A stretch of 64,000 nt of DNA from Podarcis pityusensis. Taxonomy: Eukaryota. Below are positions 1 to 14,146 of this stretch, piece after piece. Every line of letters begins with the position of its first letter. Positions within the stretch are counted from its first letter, which is position 1. The notes under the pieces were generated by a model. It was not told the origin of the DNA, ran no database searches, and saw nothing but the letters and a program-made list of their open reading frames with translations. Position numbers and translations under genes: made by a program. The stretch lies in assembly GCA_964106645.2 (NCBI GenBank), contig OZ067041.1. One strand, written 5' to 3'.

Positions 1-4
1 GCTT

Positions 5-492
5 CAGTGGTAATCCGTTCTGGAAGTCCGTTCCAAAACCAAAGCGTTTCAAAACCAAGGCGTGCTTTCCCACAGAAAATAATGCAAAATGGATTAATCC
101 GTACCAGACTTTTAAAAACAACCCCTAAAACAGCAATTTAACATGAATTTTACTATCTAACAAGACCATTGATCCATAAAATGAAAGCAATAAATAATGT
201 ACTGCAGTCACACAATCAATCAGTAGCTGAACTGGGTTCCACACTGTCACAAAAACAAAACAAAAAAGAGCTGCAAAAACAAAACCGCAAAATAAATAGC
301 AAAAACAGACAGACCTCAGCATAACACTCAAAACGGAAGTGTGGCACTCAAAACGGAAGCGTAACACTCAAAACAGAGCATGTTCGGCTTCCGGAAAAAA
401 GTTTGCAAACCAGAACACTTAGTTCCGGGTTTGCAGTGTTTGGGTTCCAAGTTGTTTGAGTGCCAAGGTGTTTGAGAACCAAGGTACCACTG
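5..492. mobile_element. Tc1/mariner (Tigger/pogo-like) non-autonomous DNA element, left TIR partly deleted
   Basis: Right end ...ccaaggtaccactg matches the CAGTGGTACC TIR of other copies in the window. Left end reads cagtggta then runs directly into atccgttc. Internal 20-bp triplication (cactcaaaacggaag) at ~320-375. Confidence 0.65.
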
Positions 493-769
493 TTTTAAAG
501 GTTAATTTTCCTCTGATTATAATTTTTGCTCTTCTGCTTTTGTTAAATTTTATGGTATTGCGTTTGATGGTATTATGTTAGCTACCCCTGCTTTATGTTG
601 TTGTGTAAGCCACACAGAGTGGGCATTTTGCCTAGAAAGGTGGGATGTAAATGTATATGCCCCAGCTCCAGCTTTTCTCTCACCTGACACCTCTAAGTAA
701 ACATGCATAGAATTGCACTATACATTATTTAACCTCCTAATTGTGTTTATGATGGGCAGCCTGCCCCCC

Positions 770-888
770 AGCTGGAACTCACCACAACTCAGTTCCGGCA
801 CTTCTCAGGTGCCAATGCCATTATAAGAGAACAAGGGAGGTGTTCGTGGTGAGTTCCAGCACCTCGTTTTTCTAGAAAAAGAGCACTG
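770..888 (+). mobile_element. Short non-autonomous DNA-type repeat (family also at ~30712-30846, ~43685-43822, ~51670-51796)
   Basis: Shared core agttccggcacctc...ttttctagaaaaa(t/g)agcactg recurs four times in the window in both orientations. Confidence 0.6.
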
Positions 889-1039
889 ATAACAGAGTAG
901 TTTAAGGGTGTTAAGGTGTCACTGATCCATCTTTAGCAACCTTGAGAAATGAAAAAGCAGCAGCAGGAGTGATTTCCTTTTCTCCTTTTGAACATTCCCT
1001 GCTGCTTCATCTGACTATATAACACTTTTCTTCCCTTGA

Positions 1040-1231
<192 letters not shown>

Positions 1232-1389
1232 TGAAACTTATCCTACATCATTGTACTTTAAAGTAACCTACAGTGGATTGGTAAGGAATAATAAAGTCAG
1301 GGCCAGCTCAAGACATTTTGCTGCCTGAGGCAAAGGACAAGGTGGCACCCCCCCCAACCAAATGCATACACAGAAGCCGATCTGACTGG

Positions 1390-1512
1390 TAGAATCATAG
1401 AATTGTAGAGTTGGAAGGGACCCCAAGGGTCATCTAGTCCAACCCCCTGCAATGCTGGAATCCCAGATAAAGCATCTATGACAGATGGCCATCCAACCTC
1501 TACTTAAAAATC
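1390..1512 (-). mobile_element. CR1 LINE 3' fragment
   Basis: tagaatcatagaattgtagagttggaagggacccc...gtcatctagtccaacccc is the reverse complement of the CR1 3' end with its ATTCTATG-type tail. Confidence 0.75.
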
Positions 1513-1523
1513 CTACTCCAGTA

Positions 1524-1748
1524 CAGTGGTACCTCGGGTTAAGTAGTTAATTCGTTCCGGAGGTCTGTTCTTAACCTGAAGCACCACTTTAGCTAATGGG
1601 GCCTCCCTCTGCTGCCGCGCCGCCGGAGCACAATTTGTGTTCTCATCCTGAAGCAAAGTTTTTAACCCGAGGTAATATTTCTGGGTTAGCGGAGTCTGTA
1701 ACCTGAAGCGTATGTAACCTGAAACATATGTAACCCGAGGTACCACTG
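1524..1748 (+). mobile_element. Tigger/pogo-like MITE (225 bp)
   Basis: TA target duplication on both sides; TIRs CAGTGGTACCTCGGGTTA / TAACCCGAGGTACCACTG. Strand is arbitrary and is the opposite of the copy at 16631. Confidence 0.9.
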
Positions 1749-2052
1749 TACTACACTTGAGGGCAGCAGGCTAGGAGTGCCACTGAATTCAGTGGGTTTA
1801 CTTCTAAGTGTAGGATTGCACTGTTAGGCTGCGAGTTCATGGACACTAACCTGATAGGAAGCCCCATTGCACAAAGGAGGGCTTACTTCTGAGTAAACAT
1901 GAATGTGATTGCATTATTTTTGCAATCTGAAGAGTTTCCCATTTTGCTGCTATCTCAGCACTAACTGATTTAAATCAGTGTTCATTACGTTGTTGTTTTT
2001 TTACATAGCCCCAAGGAAGTACTGTTGGTTCTGGAGGCAACCACAGCTTCTT

Positions 2053-2228
2053 ACATAGAAAGCTGCCTTATACTTAAGTTACATTATAGGTCCATCTGGC
2101 TCAGTGTTATCTACAGTTGATGAACAGTGACTCTCTTGGATTTAAGACAGGATTGTCTCCCATCCCTTCCTGCAGATGCTGGGGACTGAACCTGGAACCT
2201 TCTGCATTGCAAAACAGATATTCTACGA
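2053..2228 (-). mobile_element. tRNA-derived SINE (Squam3-like), degraded
   Basis: Reverse complement of the SINE at ~22976-23158 (gcagaaggttccaggttcagtccccagcatct ... agctttctatgt). Confidence 0.65.
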
Positions 2229-2676
2229 TCCTCCCCCTACATTCTCATTTAATCTACTTCTGACTATAATGCCTCACTCAGTAATGAAGTATATAATTAT
2301 TTTGATTCTTTATATGCTTTATAAGTTGCCTATAGTTACACGTGTTGATGCGTAAGGGCAGGTTTCTTCCTTGTATGGGCACTATGACCATGTGGGGAAA
2401 GACTGTACTCATTGTATAGTTTTTCAGCAATTCCATATTTGCCTGGGATGCGAAAGGCAAGCCGTCAGGAATTCCTTTTGTAGGGCACTGCGTCCTTTTG
2501 TAAGTTATCTCTGTCCAGTTTAAATGTCTATTTAAAGAGTCTTTGTGCTTGGCACGATGCCTTCTGGTCCAGATTTTTTTGTTCTGGAATTTGTGTTTCT
2601 TTTCAGGAATACAATCTGTCGTGGATCCTTTTAGGGGCCTGCACTAACCTGGACATTTTGTCCATGTAAAGCAAGT

Positions 2677-2924
2677 GTAAGCAAACTTTTTCAGCAGGGG
2701 GCTGGTCCACTGTCCCTCAGACCTTGTGAGGGGCCAGACTATATTGGGGGGGGGGGGGAATGAACGAATTCCTATGCCCCACAAATAACCCAGAGATGCA
2801 TTTTAAATAAAAGGACACATTCTACTCATGTAAAAACATGCTGGATTCCTGGACCATCTGCAGGCCGGATTGAGAAGGTGATTGGGCCACATCCGGCCCC
2901 CCGGCCTTAGTCTGCCTGCCCATG
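2677..2924. mobile_element. hAT-like MITE (second copy at ~35716-35960)
   Basis: Near-identical ~245-bp sequence at both loci (aaactttttcagcagggggctggtcca...gaattcctatg...aaggacacattctac...ccttagt..gcct..ccatg). Confidence 0.7.
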
Positions 2925-3075
2925 ATGTAAAGTAATCTATTTAAACCAAATTGCCTGGGGAGCAAAACAAGGCATATGTGATGCCTCTCAGAGTATGGGC
3001 CGAGACACAACTTCACTGTGGTAGTTATTGTATTATTTAGGCTTCAAATGCAAGTACTGTTTTTGGGGGTACAGG

Positions 3076-3848
3076 GTGTGGGTGGGTGTGGGGGATTCCC
3101 TGGTCCTGAACGGGGTAACTGTGCCCCTGAAGGACCAGGTGCGCAGCCTGGGAGTCATTTTGGACTCACAGCTGTCCATGGAGGCGCAGGTTAATTCTGT
3201 GTCCAGGGCAGCTGTCTACCAGCTCCACCTGGTACGCAGGCTAAGACCCTACCGCCCGCGGACTGTCTCGCCAGAGTGGTGCATGCTCTAGTTATCTCCC
3301 GCTTGGACTACTGCAATGCACTCTACGTGGGGATACCTTTGAAGGTGACACGGAAACTGCAATTAATCCAGAATGCGGCAGCTAGACTGGTGACTGGGAG
3401 TGGCCACCGGGACCACATAACACCGGTCCTGAGAGATCTGCATTGGCTCCCAGTATGTTTCCGAGCAAAATTCAAAGTGTTGGTGCTGACCTTTAAAGCC
3501 CTAAACGGCCTCGGTCCTGTATACCTGAAGGACCGTCTCCACCCCCATCATTCAGCCTGGACACTGAGATCCAGCACCGAGGGCCTTCTGGCGGTTCCCT
3601 CATTGAGAGAAGTGAGGTTTCAGGGAACCAGACAGAGGGCCTTCTCGGTAGTGGTGCCCACCCTGTGGAACACCCTCCCTTCAGATGTGAAGGAAATAAG
3701 CAGCTATCCTATCTTTAAAAGACATCTTAAGGCAGCCATGTTCAGGGAAGTTTTTAATATTTAACACTGTACTGTTTTTAACACTTGATTGGGAGCCGCC
3801 CAGAGTGGCTGGGGAGACTCAGCCAGATGGGCGGGGTATAAATAATAA

Positions 3849-3890
<42 letters not shown>
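3076..3890 (+). mobile_element. L2-clade LINE 3' fragment (ORF2 RT C-terminus, 3' UTR, (TAT)n tail)
   Basis: ORFs 3028-3291 and 3276-3764 give VRSLGVILDSQL...ISRLDYCNALYVG...QNAAARL...DHITPVLRDLHWLP...RAFSVVVPTLWNTLP, with a frameshift near 3250, a stem-loop 3' end and a TAT tail. Confidence 0.9.
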
Positions 3891-6252
3891 TGCATTCTGC
3901 AGAGAGATCACTTTCCAGTCTTTAGTACTAACCATTTAGAAGAGGCATTGTACGTCTTCTTCACTGGCTGCACATGGCCTCACAAGGAAAGTGCAGATTC
4001 CAGGGCCAGCACTGTGTTGATGTGACACTATATCACTGGAATATAGAACCACTCAACACCAGCATCATATATTGATGCAACTTCATGGCATAAACATTGT
4101 AATGCAATACGATGATTATTTTTGTCTCTCTGCAATCAACCTCGTTTGACAGTGCTGCTGCCTCTCTCCCCACTATGTCCTTCTCATGGCAATTGCTGGA
4201 AGAGAAAAGAAAAATACCTGGCAGTTTTAGCTCACTTTCCCCCCTCTGGCCCCGTTCCATGAATGAATAGCAGTTTGGTAGTGAAGCAGTTACAAGCACA
4301 CTGCTCTCATTCATGCATATATCAAATAGAAACTTCAGAAAGTGTTTTGAGGAGGTATGTGTATCTCTCAAAGCAAAATCACAATAGCTATTTGAGATTC
4401 CACGTAGGATCTATATAAGGTGAGTACAACTATAAACCCAATTAAGCCAGACTTTAGGAATGGTGCTGCAAAGGTGGCTGTCTTCTGGAACTGCTTTCTT
4501 AAATGATGTATATGAAGTCATGTGAAGTGAGAAATGGCTATATTCATAGCCACTAGAATGCTAGCAGACATTTGGTTGGTAATTTCTACTTCTATAAAGC
4601 ATGGACTATGGGAGACTTGGGTTTAGAGGTTTTGTCCCTTAAAAAGTCAGCCTCTGCCCCCCACTCTCTTTCCAGCTTCATGTCATACTACTACATATAT
4701 AAATGGGTGGGGGCAACCAATTCAACAGCCAGACACCTTTTGTGTAGCCCCAGGCTTAAAACAAAACAAGCTAAAATATAGAAAAGACTATTGTTAAAAT
4801 GTAATTAAAGGTTACATTGGCTAGGGGATATTATAACAACAACAACAACAACTTTTTTACCTAGTCCCTGCCTATCCCTTGTGAGGTGACAACAGACTAT
4901 GAGGCTCTAACAGCTTAATCTTATTCATAGCTTAACATGCACCAAGCCATTCAGTCGGGTGTGAAGCATTAAACTAATAAGCAAATACCAGGACTAAGTT
5001 CCACTACTAGGATTGAAGCACGTTCCTGTGCCTGACAAGCTGGACACAGCACAGTTGGCATCCCAAACTCCTAAAAACGGCTGGCAGCCACGGTTTCTAT
5101 GGAGAAAAAGGCCTCATAGGCCTAGTGCTGAATTTTGAAAAGGGTCAGGGTTTCAGGTTATCCTGCAACCTTATTCTCCGGCCTGGAAACCTTGTCTCTG
5201 TATCTCTGGTATGGAAATGAACTCTGCTACTTGTTTTCTTTATGTATAACAATGAATGGCTATTTACCCCGTATGAACTTAGGTTGATGACACTTGAGTT
5301 GTCATCAGAGGCCTTGCTTCAGACGCCTGCCCTTTTGAGATACTGAGAGTGGTGATGGGAGACAGTCAGGGCCTCTTCTGTCATGGTCCTGGGTCTTTGG
5401 AAAATCCTCCTCAAAGAGGGCTGCTTGGCACTGACAGTGCTTTCCTCTAGACAGCTAATTATTTAATTGTTATTTATTCTTACCACTGCTTACAATGCTG
5501 CTGTTACAATTTTTTTAAATGTTTTGCTTATCTTGCGACTTTATATGATGGGAGCTATATTATGTTAAGAGGTGGCCTACATGAGTATTTGGATTTTGGG
5601 GTTTTTTTGTATGGTGTTGCTTATTGCTGATGCTTTATATTGTTGTTGTTTAATCTGCTGTTTATTAATTGATGTTTTTTGATTGGGGACTCAGCTATAT
5701 GGCTGCAAATGTAATGTTTTAAGCGCATTATACAAATGTGACACTAGATGGCTCTAGTGAGCTAATGGCAAATTCCACATACTGTATATTTTTAAACTTT
5801 TTTTTAAAGCACTTTCACAGCATTTTTAAAATATATATGTGTAGATTCAGCCTGGCTTTTATGTCTTTATTATTGTTTTAATTTATATTTCCACATTCCT
5901 GCCCTTTAAACACCTCCAAGGTGGCTTGCAAAAGGTCATCTAACAATATCAAGATAAAACTCACTTCAATTAATGTAATAATAATAATAGTCCAGGTAGC
6001 AATACAGCTGGAGGGGTGTGATTGCCTTCCCTTCTGCGGCCTAAGCAATGGACGTTGGTGCTTGGGGAGAGGGAACTCGCTGCTAGGAGCTGTTTCTAGG
6101 CTTGGTGTAAAAGTTGTTGCTTTCCTTCTCTCTGAGATCCCAAATCAGCAACCTCCAGCTTTTAGGATTTTTAGGATTCTTTCAAAATATTGTGTTACTT
6201 CAATGGAATATGGGATATAATAATAATAATAATAAAAATAAAAATAAATAAT

Positions 6253-6690
6253 TTTTATTTATACCCCGCCCTCCCCAGCCAAGACCGGGCTCAGGGCGGC
6301 TAACAAGCAATAATAAAAACAAGTTAAATGAATACAACTGAAAAACAAGATTAAAATACAACATTAAAATATTGAAACATTAAAATATTAAAATGCAGCC
6401 TCATCACAGGAGGAGAAAGGAAAAAGAAAAAGAAAAAAGAAAGAGGGGAGGGGAATCAAATTGGCTCCAAGCCAAAGGCCAGGCAGAACAACTCTGTCTT
6501 ACAGGCCCTGCGGAAAGAAATCAGATCCTGCAGGGCCCTGGTCTCATGAGGCAGAGCGTTCCACCAGGCCAGAGCCAGAGCTGAAAAGGCCCTGGCTCTG
6601 GTTGAGGCTAATCTAACTTCCTTAGGGCCCGGGACCACTAGGGTGTTGCTATTAATGGACCTTGAGGCTCTCCATGGGGCATACCGGGAG
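6253..6690 (-). mobile_element. L2-clade LINE 3' fragment
   Basis: Minus-strand ORF ...RARAFSALALAWWNALP...FRRACKTELF and the characteristic gccgccctgagcc...gggcggggtataaataaa 3' end. Confidence 0.8.
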
Positions 6691-7446
6691 ACAAACAAAA
6701 ATGCACTCAAAATATATTACATATATAACAATCCAGCGAAAGTGAATGTTTTATTGAATTGATTTCATTAGGAAATTCAGCAAGGGAGAACACTGAACAT
6801 GTCTACTGACATGTTTGATGGGACTTACTCCCAAATAAGTGGGGTACAGAAATATATAGTCACACACAGGCTTATGCAAAGCAGGGTGGGGGCAGCTAGG
6901 TACATTCGCCCTGGGCCTTGGAGGGCTTGGCTGGCCGGGGGGCAGGGCACAGGTTGGCCTGCCAAGGGACCACCTGCTTTTTTTGTTTGAGTTTATAACT
7001 TTATTCTAACAAGACTCCCAACTAGGGCCTCAGACAAGCTCTGCACGGGCCCGGTCACACCCTTAGCTCTCATGTTAACATCAAGAGGACTTAAAAGGTG
7101 TTTCATTTTGGATTACCACACCCTATATACATATGTATACAGAATTATAATTACTATCTTCCTCCCAGCTTAGCGATGAGCCACCTGTTGCCCCTGGGCC
7201 GTGCAGCGCTTCTCTCAGGTCCAGGGTGGTTGGGAGGTATGGGGCATTCTTGACATGACAGTTTAAGTCTGGCGTGCCCCTGGTGGAGGGGCCCTGGTCA
7301 GCTTAGCCCCGTGAGGTCTAGGGCAAGTGTACCTGTCTTCCCCCATCCCTCTTCATGGGCCTGCCTCCCTCCTTCAGAGTTCTCGGACTCCAACTACCAA
7401 CTTCCCAGCAGCCTTCTGGCTCCCACACCACTTCAAAATTCACTAA

Positions 7447-7689
<243 letters not shown>

Positions 7690-7874
7690 TGACTCTGGGT
7701 TGCCCTACCCCTTGCAAGACTGCCAGTCCTGCCAAAGTCCTGGTCGATCTGTGTGTGCGGCTTGAGGTCTGTTAACAGCATTTGAAGACAATTGAAAAAA
7801 ATGCAAGTAGCACAGAACGCAGTCGCCAGGTTGTTGACAGAGACAGGGCATTCTCAACATAAAACACCAGTCAT

Positions 7875-8183
7875 GGTGAGCTCCCGTTGCTCTGTCCCAG
7901 TTCCTGCCAACCTAGCAGTCCGAAAGCATGCCAGTGCAAGTAGATAAATAGGTACCGCTGCGGCAGGAAGGTAAACAGTGTTTCTGTCCGCTCTGGCACT
8001 CGTCAGAGTGTCCCATTGTGCTAGTAGCATTTTAGTCATGCTGGCCACATGATCCAGAAAGCTGCCTGTGGACAAATGCCGGCTCCCTCGGCGAGATGTG
8101 TGAGATGAGTGCCGCAACCCCATAATTGCATTTGACTAGACTTAGCCAGCCAGGGGTCCTTTATCTTTTATCTTTTTACCTTA
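7875..8183 (+). mobile_element. Sauria SINE (5'-truncated) inserted into an old L2 fragment (~7790-8500)
   Basis: Core ctgccaacctagcagt...gtgcaagtagataaataggtaccgc...gtcatgctggccacatga with a degenerate (ACCTTT)n tail. L2 sequence (QNAVARLLT... then ...FKVLVL) resumes after it. Confidence 0.85.
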
Positions 8184-10981
8184 CCTGCACTAATTGCCAA
8201 TTTGTTTCCAAGTCAAATTCAAAGTACTGGTTTTGACTTTTCAAAGTATTGCATGGATTGGGAGCCCAGTACCTCGAGGACGACCTTTCCCCATATGAAT
8301 CTACCTCGATTTGAAGAAGGGAATCTCTGTATGTTCCCTGCAAAGATGTTCAGAGGGTGGCAATAGGAAAACAGATGTTTTCTGTGGTAGTCCTATGCTT
8401 ATGGGAGACTCTCCTCTTGAAAGCTTGTCTGCTGCTAACATTGTCATCTTTTCAGCACCAGGAGAAGATGTATTTATTTTTCTGGCATTTACCCAACAAT
8501 AACAGTCTGGCTTTTAGCAGCTATTTCTTTTGGGACCATTCTTGGGTGGTATGGTTGCTTGCAAGTGATTATTGTAGGTGAACACATTTAGTATGTTGCA
8601 TTGTTTTAAATGGACATGTCTCTTCTAGGTTTTTCTTTCTTTTGCAAGTTGCTTCAAGACTTCTTTGATGGTGGGAAGCAACACATAAATTCAATAAACT
8701 AAATTGTATTCAATAAACTACACTTACCCTGTGTTCTCCTCATAATGCAGGGGTGGAGAGACACTTGCAGGGGAAAGCTGGTGGGAGGTGTTTAACCCTT
8801 CTCTGCCCTTCAGTTTCCCCTTGCAAATGGCCCTGTGTAGTTTTTAATAGTTCCCTGTCCCCATCTGGGCTCCTAAACTGGAAGGAAGCCCAGTCAAGGG
8901 GGTGGGGGGTGGTGGATTGTAGTACCATTTGGACAGAGGAAACCTAATACAGTATAGTGTTCAGGTATGAAACAGGAAAGAAATGTGTGTACACACACAA
9001 CAAATTTAACATGTTCACCTTGAAGCTCCTATTGTTTCAGTGGGCATAACTCTCAAATTAGCATACATAGGCCTGTAGCAAACTTAAGGTGCTTTTTGCT
9101 CAGGGCAGTTGTGGCTGGAGCTTTGCCTGTATAAGTGCTTGGGGGCTCTTTCTTGCAAGGATTCTGCAGTGTGCCATATCACAATTGCAATATGTCAGAT
9201 TCAAGTTCTGCACTAAAAGCACACACACCCCAACTGCAATTCTTGATGCATGAAGATAGGAATAGGGGTGTGAGCACTGGAGGAAAAAAGGGGGAGGAGG
9301 AAAGACAATAAAAGCGCTAATGGGATGGCTGGACCAATAGGAAGAAGAAGGAGCAGGTTGGAGAACCACTGGCAGTAAAGACAAACCTCAGCTTGACTAT
9401 ATCTCCTACTTCTGAGATCTGGGGGGGATGAGGAAATGTTGTTTCTCCCAGCCAGCCAGCCAGCCACACTCATTTATGACTCTTCCTCTTTCTCTATCCA
9501 CTAGCCTGGTAAGTGGAACAGCAGTGGTCTGCAATCTGAGAGCCATTGCTTGGGGCACACATCTGTTCTGCAGCTTCACCTGTCATCAGTCTGGGGGGGG
9601 GGGGGAAACAATGCAATATGCCCACCATCAGAATTGCAAAATTACTGTAGGTCAGTAGAAGCAATAACCAGAAACAGTTGCATTCTGAGACCAGGTTAGG
9701 CTGTAGTCCAGTCTGACATGAAAACAGTGTCACCGTGCAAAACCACTGGTTAATCAGAGCAAGAAACTTTTATGGTTAAACTTCTGATCAATCTGTTTTA
9801 GGGCTGTTCATACAGAGTTCAACATGCAACATATTATGAATTCCTTTTAATTTTCAGCAGTTCGTTTTCATGATTTTCATTTTCGGTAGCTCTAAGGGCC
9901 ACAAAAGCAGTTGTTTTAAACCTATGCACCATTCTAATGTTATCCTCATTAAGATCAGTTGGACATGTAAAAGAAGTCATCACCCTGGAATGTTAATCTC
10001 AGCCAACAATCATCACATATCAGATGGCTCCCTCCTAAGTAGAGACACAAGTTGTAAGTCATACGTATTTGCTGAAGTATTCCGTTATGCCAGTTCTCCC
10101 CAATCTTGTTTCATTACTTTAAATGATAAATGCTCACACAATCTTGCTTGTTTTCTAGGTTTTAAAATGGCAAAATAAAGTTGCAGACTATGTGACTTTT
10201 AAGTGTTTGGCACACTACATGAAGGATCTGTATTGAATGCTAAGGATGACAGTAAATCTATCAGAATTGTCACCTTATTTGTTTTTTTAAATTCATGCAC
10301 TTTTATTGGCAGTCTAGCTCTCAGGAATAGAGTAGATGAAGCATCTCCTCCAGTGGAGATTAAATGGTGGAAAAAAGGCTCACATGGTTTCTGTGTTATA
10401 AAGGCACAGTATCTCAACACAATACATCACTAAAATAACAGGCACATTGTAATTAACACAACAGCCAAATCGCTCATTCTTTGGAGGACATCAATGCCAG
10501 AATCAAAAAGGAAAAGTAATTGTCCGAAGCAGTGCCACCAACACTTGACCAGCATTTCATAGGGGAAACCTCCAACTAAAAATCCCCATTTAAAATAAGC
10601 AAATAGAAAAAGAACCTACCCAAGTGAGGCTGGCAGAAACCTCCACACATACCCTCTGTAAAAGAATCAGGCAGAGGGCCTTCTCGGTAGTGGCACCCTC
10701 TCTGGAACGCCTCTCTTTGGTCAGGGGTTGAAAGTAGTGATGAAGGCTGCAATCCTAACTCCACTTGACCTAAGAATAAACCCTTCTGGGTTCAACAGGA
10801 CTTCTGAGTAGGCATTGCACCGGTCAGTTATATACACATACAGTAATGCTATTTGAAGTTCAATACCTGTTTTATAGGGAACAAAAAAATATTCCCGAAG
10901 AAAGGCATATAGCTTGAAATGTGTGCATGTTGTCTTTCTTTGAGCTTAATAAACGTAGTTTCTTATGCATCTGTACGCTGA

Positions 10982-11254
<273 letters not shown>

Positions 11255-11728
11255 TAGCTTAATTTCCCTAACTGCCATTTCAGGTGTCTGTTTCAATCTT
11301 GAACTCAGAAGGTTTTATCATGAGCCTAGAGAAAGAGAGATGCTACTTGTCAAATGAGCAGATAGGGACAAGGACGTTACTGCCCCTGTGGCTTCCTTTT
11401 TAATCTCCATCTTACCCGAAAGGGTTCTTAATGAATCACCCCTGTAGGGAATAGACAGGGTGAAGAAGAACAATCAAGTACCTTCTGATCCTCAACAGCC
11501 TCACTCCTGTCCCTTTTAAATGTATCCTAGTGTTTTGAAATGTTTTAACTCATAATGCCAGTAAAGGTGTTTGTGTTTGTCAATTTGCTACCTGTCCCTC
11601 TTCTCTGAATCCTTGCTCTAGGAATATACCTATATGCACAATTTTAAAAAACGAAACCCATATTTGGATAGCGATGCAGGTGACTACTGACAAATAATAG
11701 GCCCTGTGTTCTTTCTCAGAAGTTCTCT

Positions 11729-11985
11729 NNNNNNNNNNNNNNNNNNNNNNNNNNNNNNNNNNNNNNNNNNNNNNNNNNNNNNNNNNNNNNNNNNNNNNNN
11801 NNNNNNNNNNNNNNNNNNNNNNNNNNNNNNNNNNNNNNNNNNNNNNNNNNNNNNNNNNNNNNNNNNNNNNNNNNNNNNNNNNNNNNNNNNNNNNNNNNNN
11901 NNNNNNNNNNNNNNNNNNNNNNNNNNNNNNNNNNNNNNNNNNNNNNNNNNNNNNNNNNNNNNNNNNNNNNNNNNNNNNNNNNNNN
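11729..11985. other. Assembly gap (257 N) in ADPRHL1 intron 4
   Basis: Run of N. Confidence 1.
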
Positions 11986-13006
11986 GGATTAAGTTGTATA
12001 GGTCTGGTCTGCTTTTGACAGAAGGATGCTGTCACTCTTCTTGCACGATTCCAACCCTGAGTAAAATATGCAAGACTCCTAAAGCATGCATCTGTCATTA
12101 TGGAGTGAAGTGCAATGCTATTTTAGAAATAAATAAAGGGGACGACATTTTAAAAAGCCTGCCTGAAACAAATGTGAGCCCCTTTTCTCAAGGGATCTCT
12201 CCTTTTGAATTATTCAGTCAATTTCTTTTGTTTTTGTTTTCTTTAAAAAAAGCACATTTGTTTAATGTTTCCTGTTCTGCATATTCTCACTCTGTAGTTC
12301 TCAGAGGCAACTTTACTGCTAGGTAGCCACAAGTGATCACCTGTGGTAGCACTTAGTACAGACAGATGTTTGCTATATGCTGCAGAAGATGATGCCTAGA
12401 ACTTCTTTGACAAAAGTCAGCCTTCTGCTCAGGGACAGCATAGTGCAAAGGGTTTCAGGGCTGTAAAGAAGAAAGGAAGGGGAATGAAGCAAGGGAAAGA
12501 TGGGGAGGAAAACCATATGTCTAAGGCCATAGGTAAATAACAAGAGGCTAGTAAGAAGCATCTCTCAAGTGCCTTTGGGGGGAATCCCAAAAGCAGAAAG
12601 CTGAGCAATGTGACTGTGAGGGAACAGGTGTTGGGAGGGAAGATCCTGACGAGCAAATAGTCAGGTAGGTGGATGAAAATGACTGGCAGGTCAAGGATTT
12701 CCAGGATCAGCTGTGATACAGAATGTGCGACATCAGAGTTTCACCTACTTAAAAGGCCTAAGGTATCCCTGGCTCCCTCCGGATTGCAACAAGAGATAAA
12801 GTAACTTTTCAGTCAGCAGGGATCAGTAAGCTATTTGCAGGGGGATAAGAAAATTATGTTTTTGTTCCTGTCTTCAAAGTGCAAGTGGTACACATACTGA
12901 GAAAATGAGCATAGCCTGCCTTTCTCAAACTGAAGCAACTTCACAAATGACTTTTTCATAATCAGCAGCAATCTGGTGTTTAGGAAAAAAAAGTTTTCCT
13001 CCAGAC

Positions 13007-13143
13007 CAGCCTTTCTCAACCTTGAGTCTCCAGATGTTTTGGGACTACAGCTCCCAGCTTCCCTGTCCACTGGTCCTACTAGCTTAAGGATGATGGGAGT
13101 TGTATTCCAACAACATATGAGGACCAAAGGTTGAGAACAGCTG
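13007..13143. mobile_element. Palindromic hAT-type MITE (~137 bp)
   Basis: Fold-back structure; 8-bp TSD ctccagac / ctctagac; same family as ~40162-40304, 45213-45348 and 60021-60156. Confidence 0.8.
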
Positions 13144-13870
13144 CTCTAGACTCAATATATAAACTGTGCTGCAAATGTTTGTTTTGCTACAGATACAGTG
13201 GTTCAGGAAGGTATGCTGAATATTGGTGGCAGAAACAAAGCTACAGCAATGGATGCTGCAGAAGTGGCAGGGATGTTGCTTCCTGTAGGAAAATGTTTCA
13301 TGTGAAGCACCACCAGTTTATAAAGTGCACCCTCTCTAGTTTTAAGCATCTTTTGGGTGCATACTCGGAAAAAGCTGCACAAATGGGTAGAGATGCCCAT
13401 CTTAGTTTATTTGCAGAGGCTGCCTTCTGAAGATCATACTGCAAAAAAAAAAAAAGGTGTTACTGCCAGCTGCCTTATCAGGTAGCATACAGCCTGCACT
13501 CAAAATAGCTCCTGTTGAGACTTGGGAGGGCTTCTTATGCTTTTGCTCAGTATTCAGGACCCAGTAGTAATTGCTGAATGGACTACAGTAAAAGTTTGTT
13601 TGTAGGTTTAATAGACTCTGTGATCTACATTCTGGTTTTCCAAAATGTGTGTCTGGTGGCCCTAATTATTTGTATTTAAATCTATTGTATTAAAATCTAT
13701 CCCCCCCTTTTTTTACATTGTGAAGATAAGCTAATTAGTATTGTTGAGAGGCTAAGAATAGTTGGACAGGTTTTATTTAATTTTCTTCATGAGAGTTCTG
13801 TAAATTGGATTTTGTCATTCATGCTGTTGCACTGAAAGAACCTATTCAAGATTAAATGTACCATAATTAA

Positions 13871-14146
<276 letters not shown>

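Noticed and set aside
11658-11667. Perfect CArG box (CCATATTTGG) in intron 4 of a cardiac gene
   Set aside because: Several such 10-mers are expected by chance in 64 kb of AT-rich DNA; unsupported without conservation or ChIP data.
11580-12326. ORFs of 172 and 206 aa
   Set aside because: They are artefacts of reading through the N gap.
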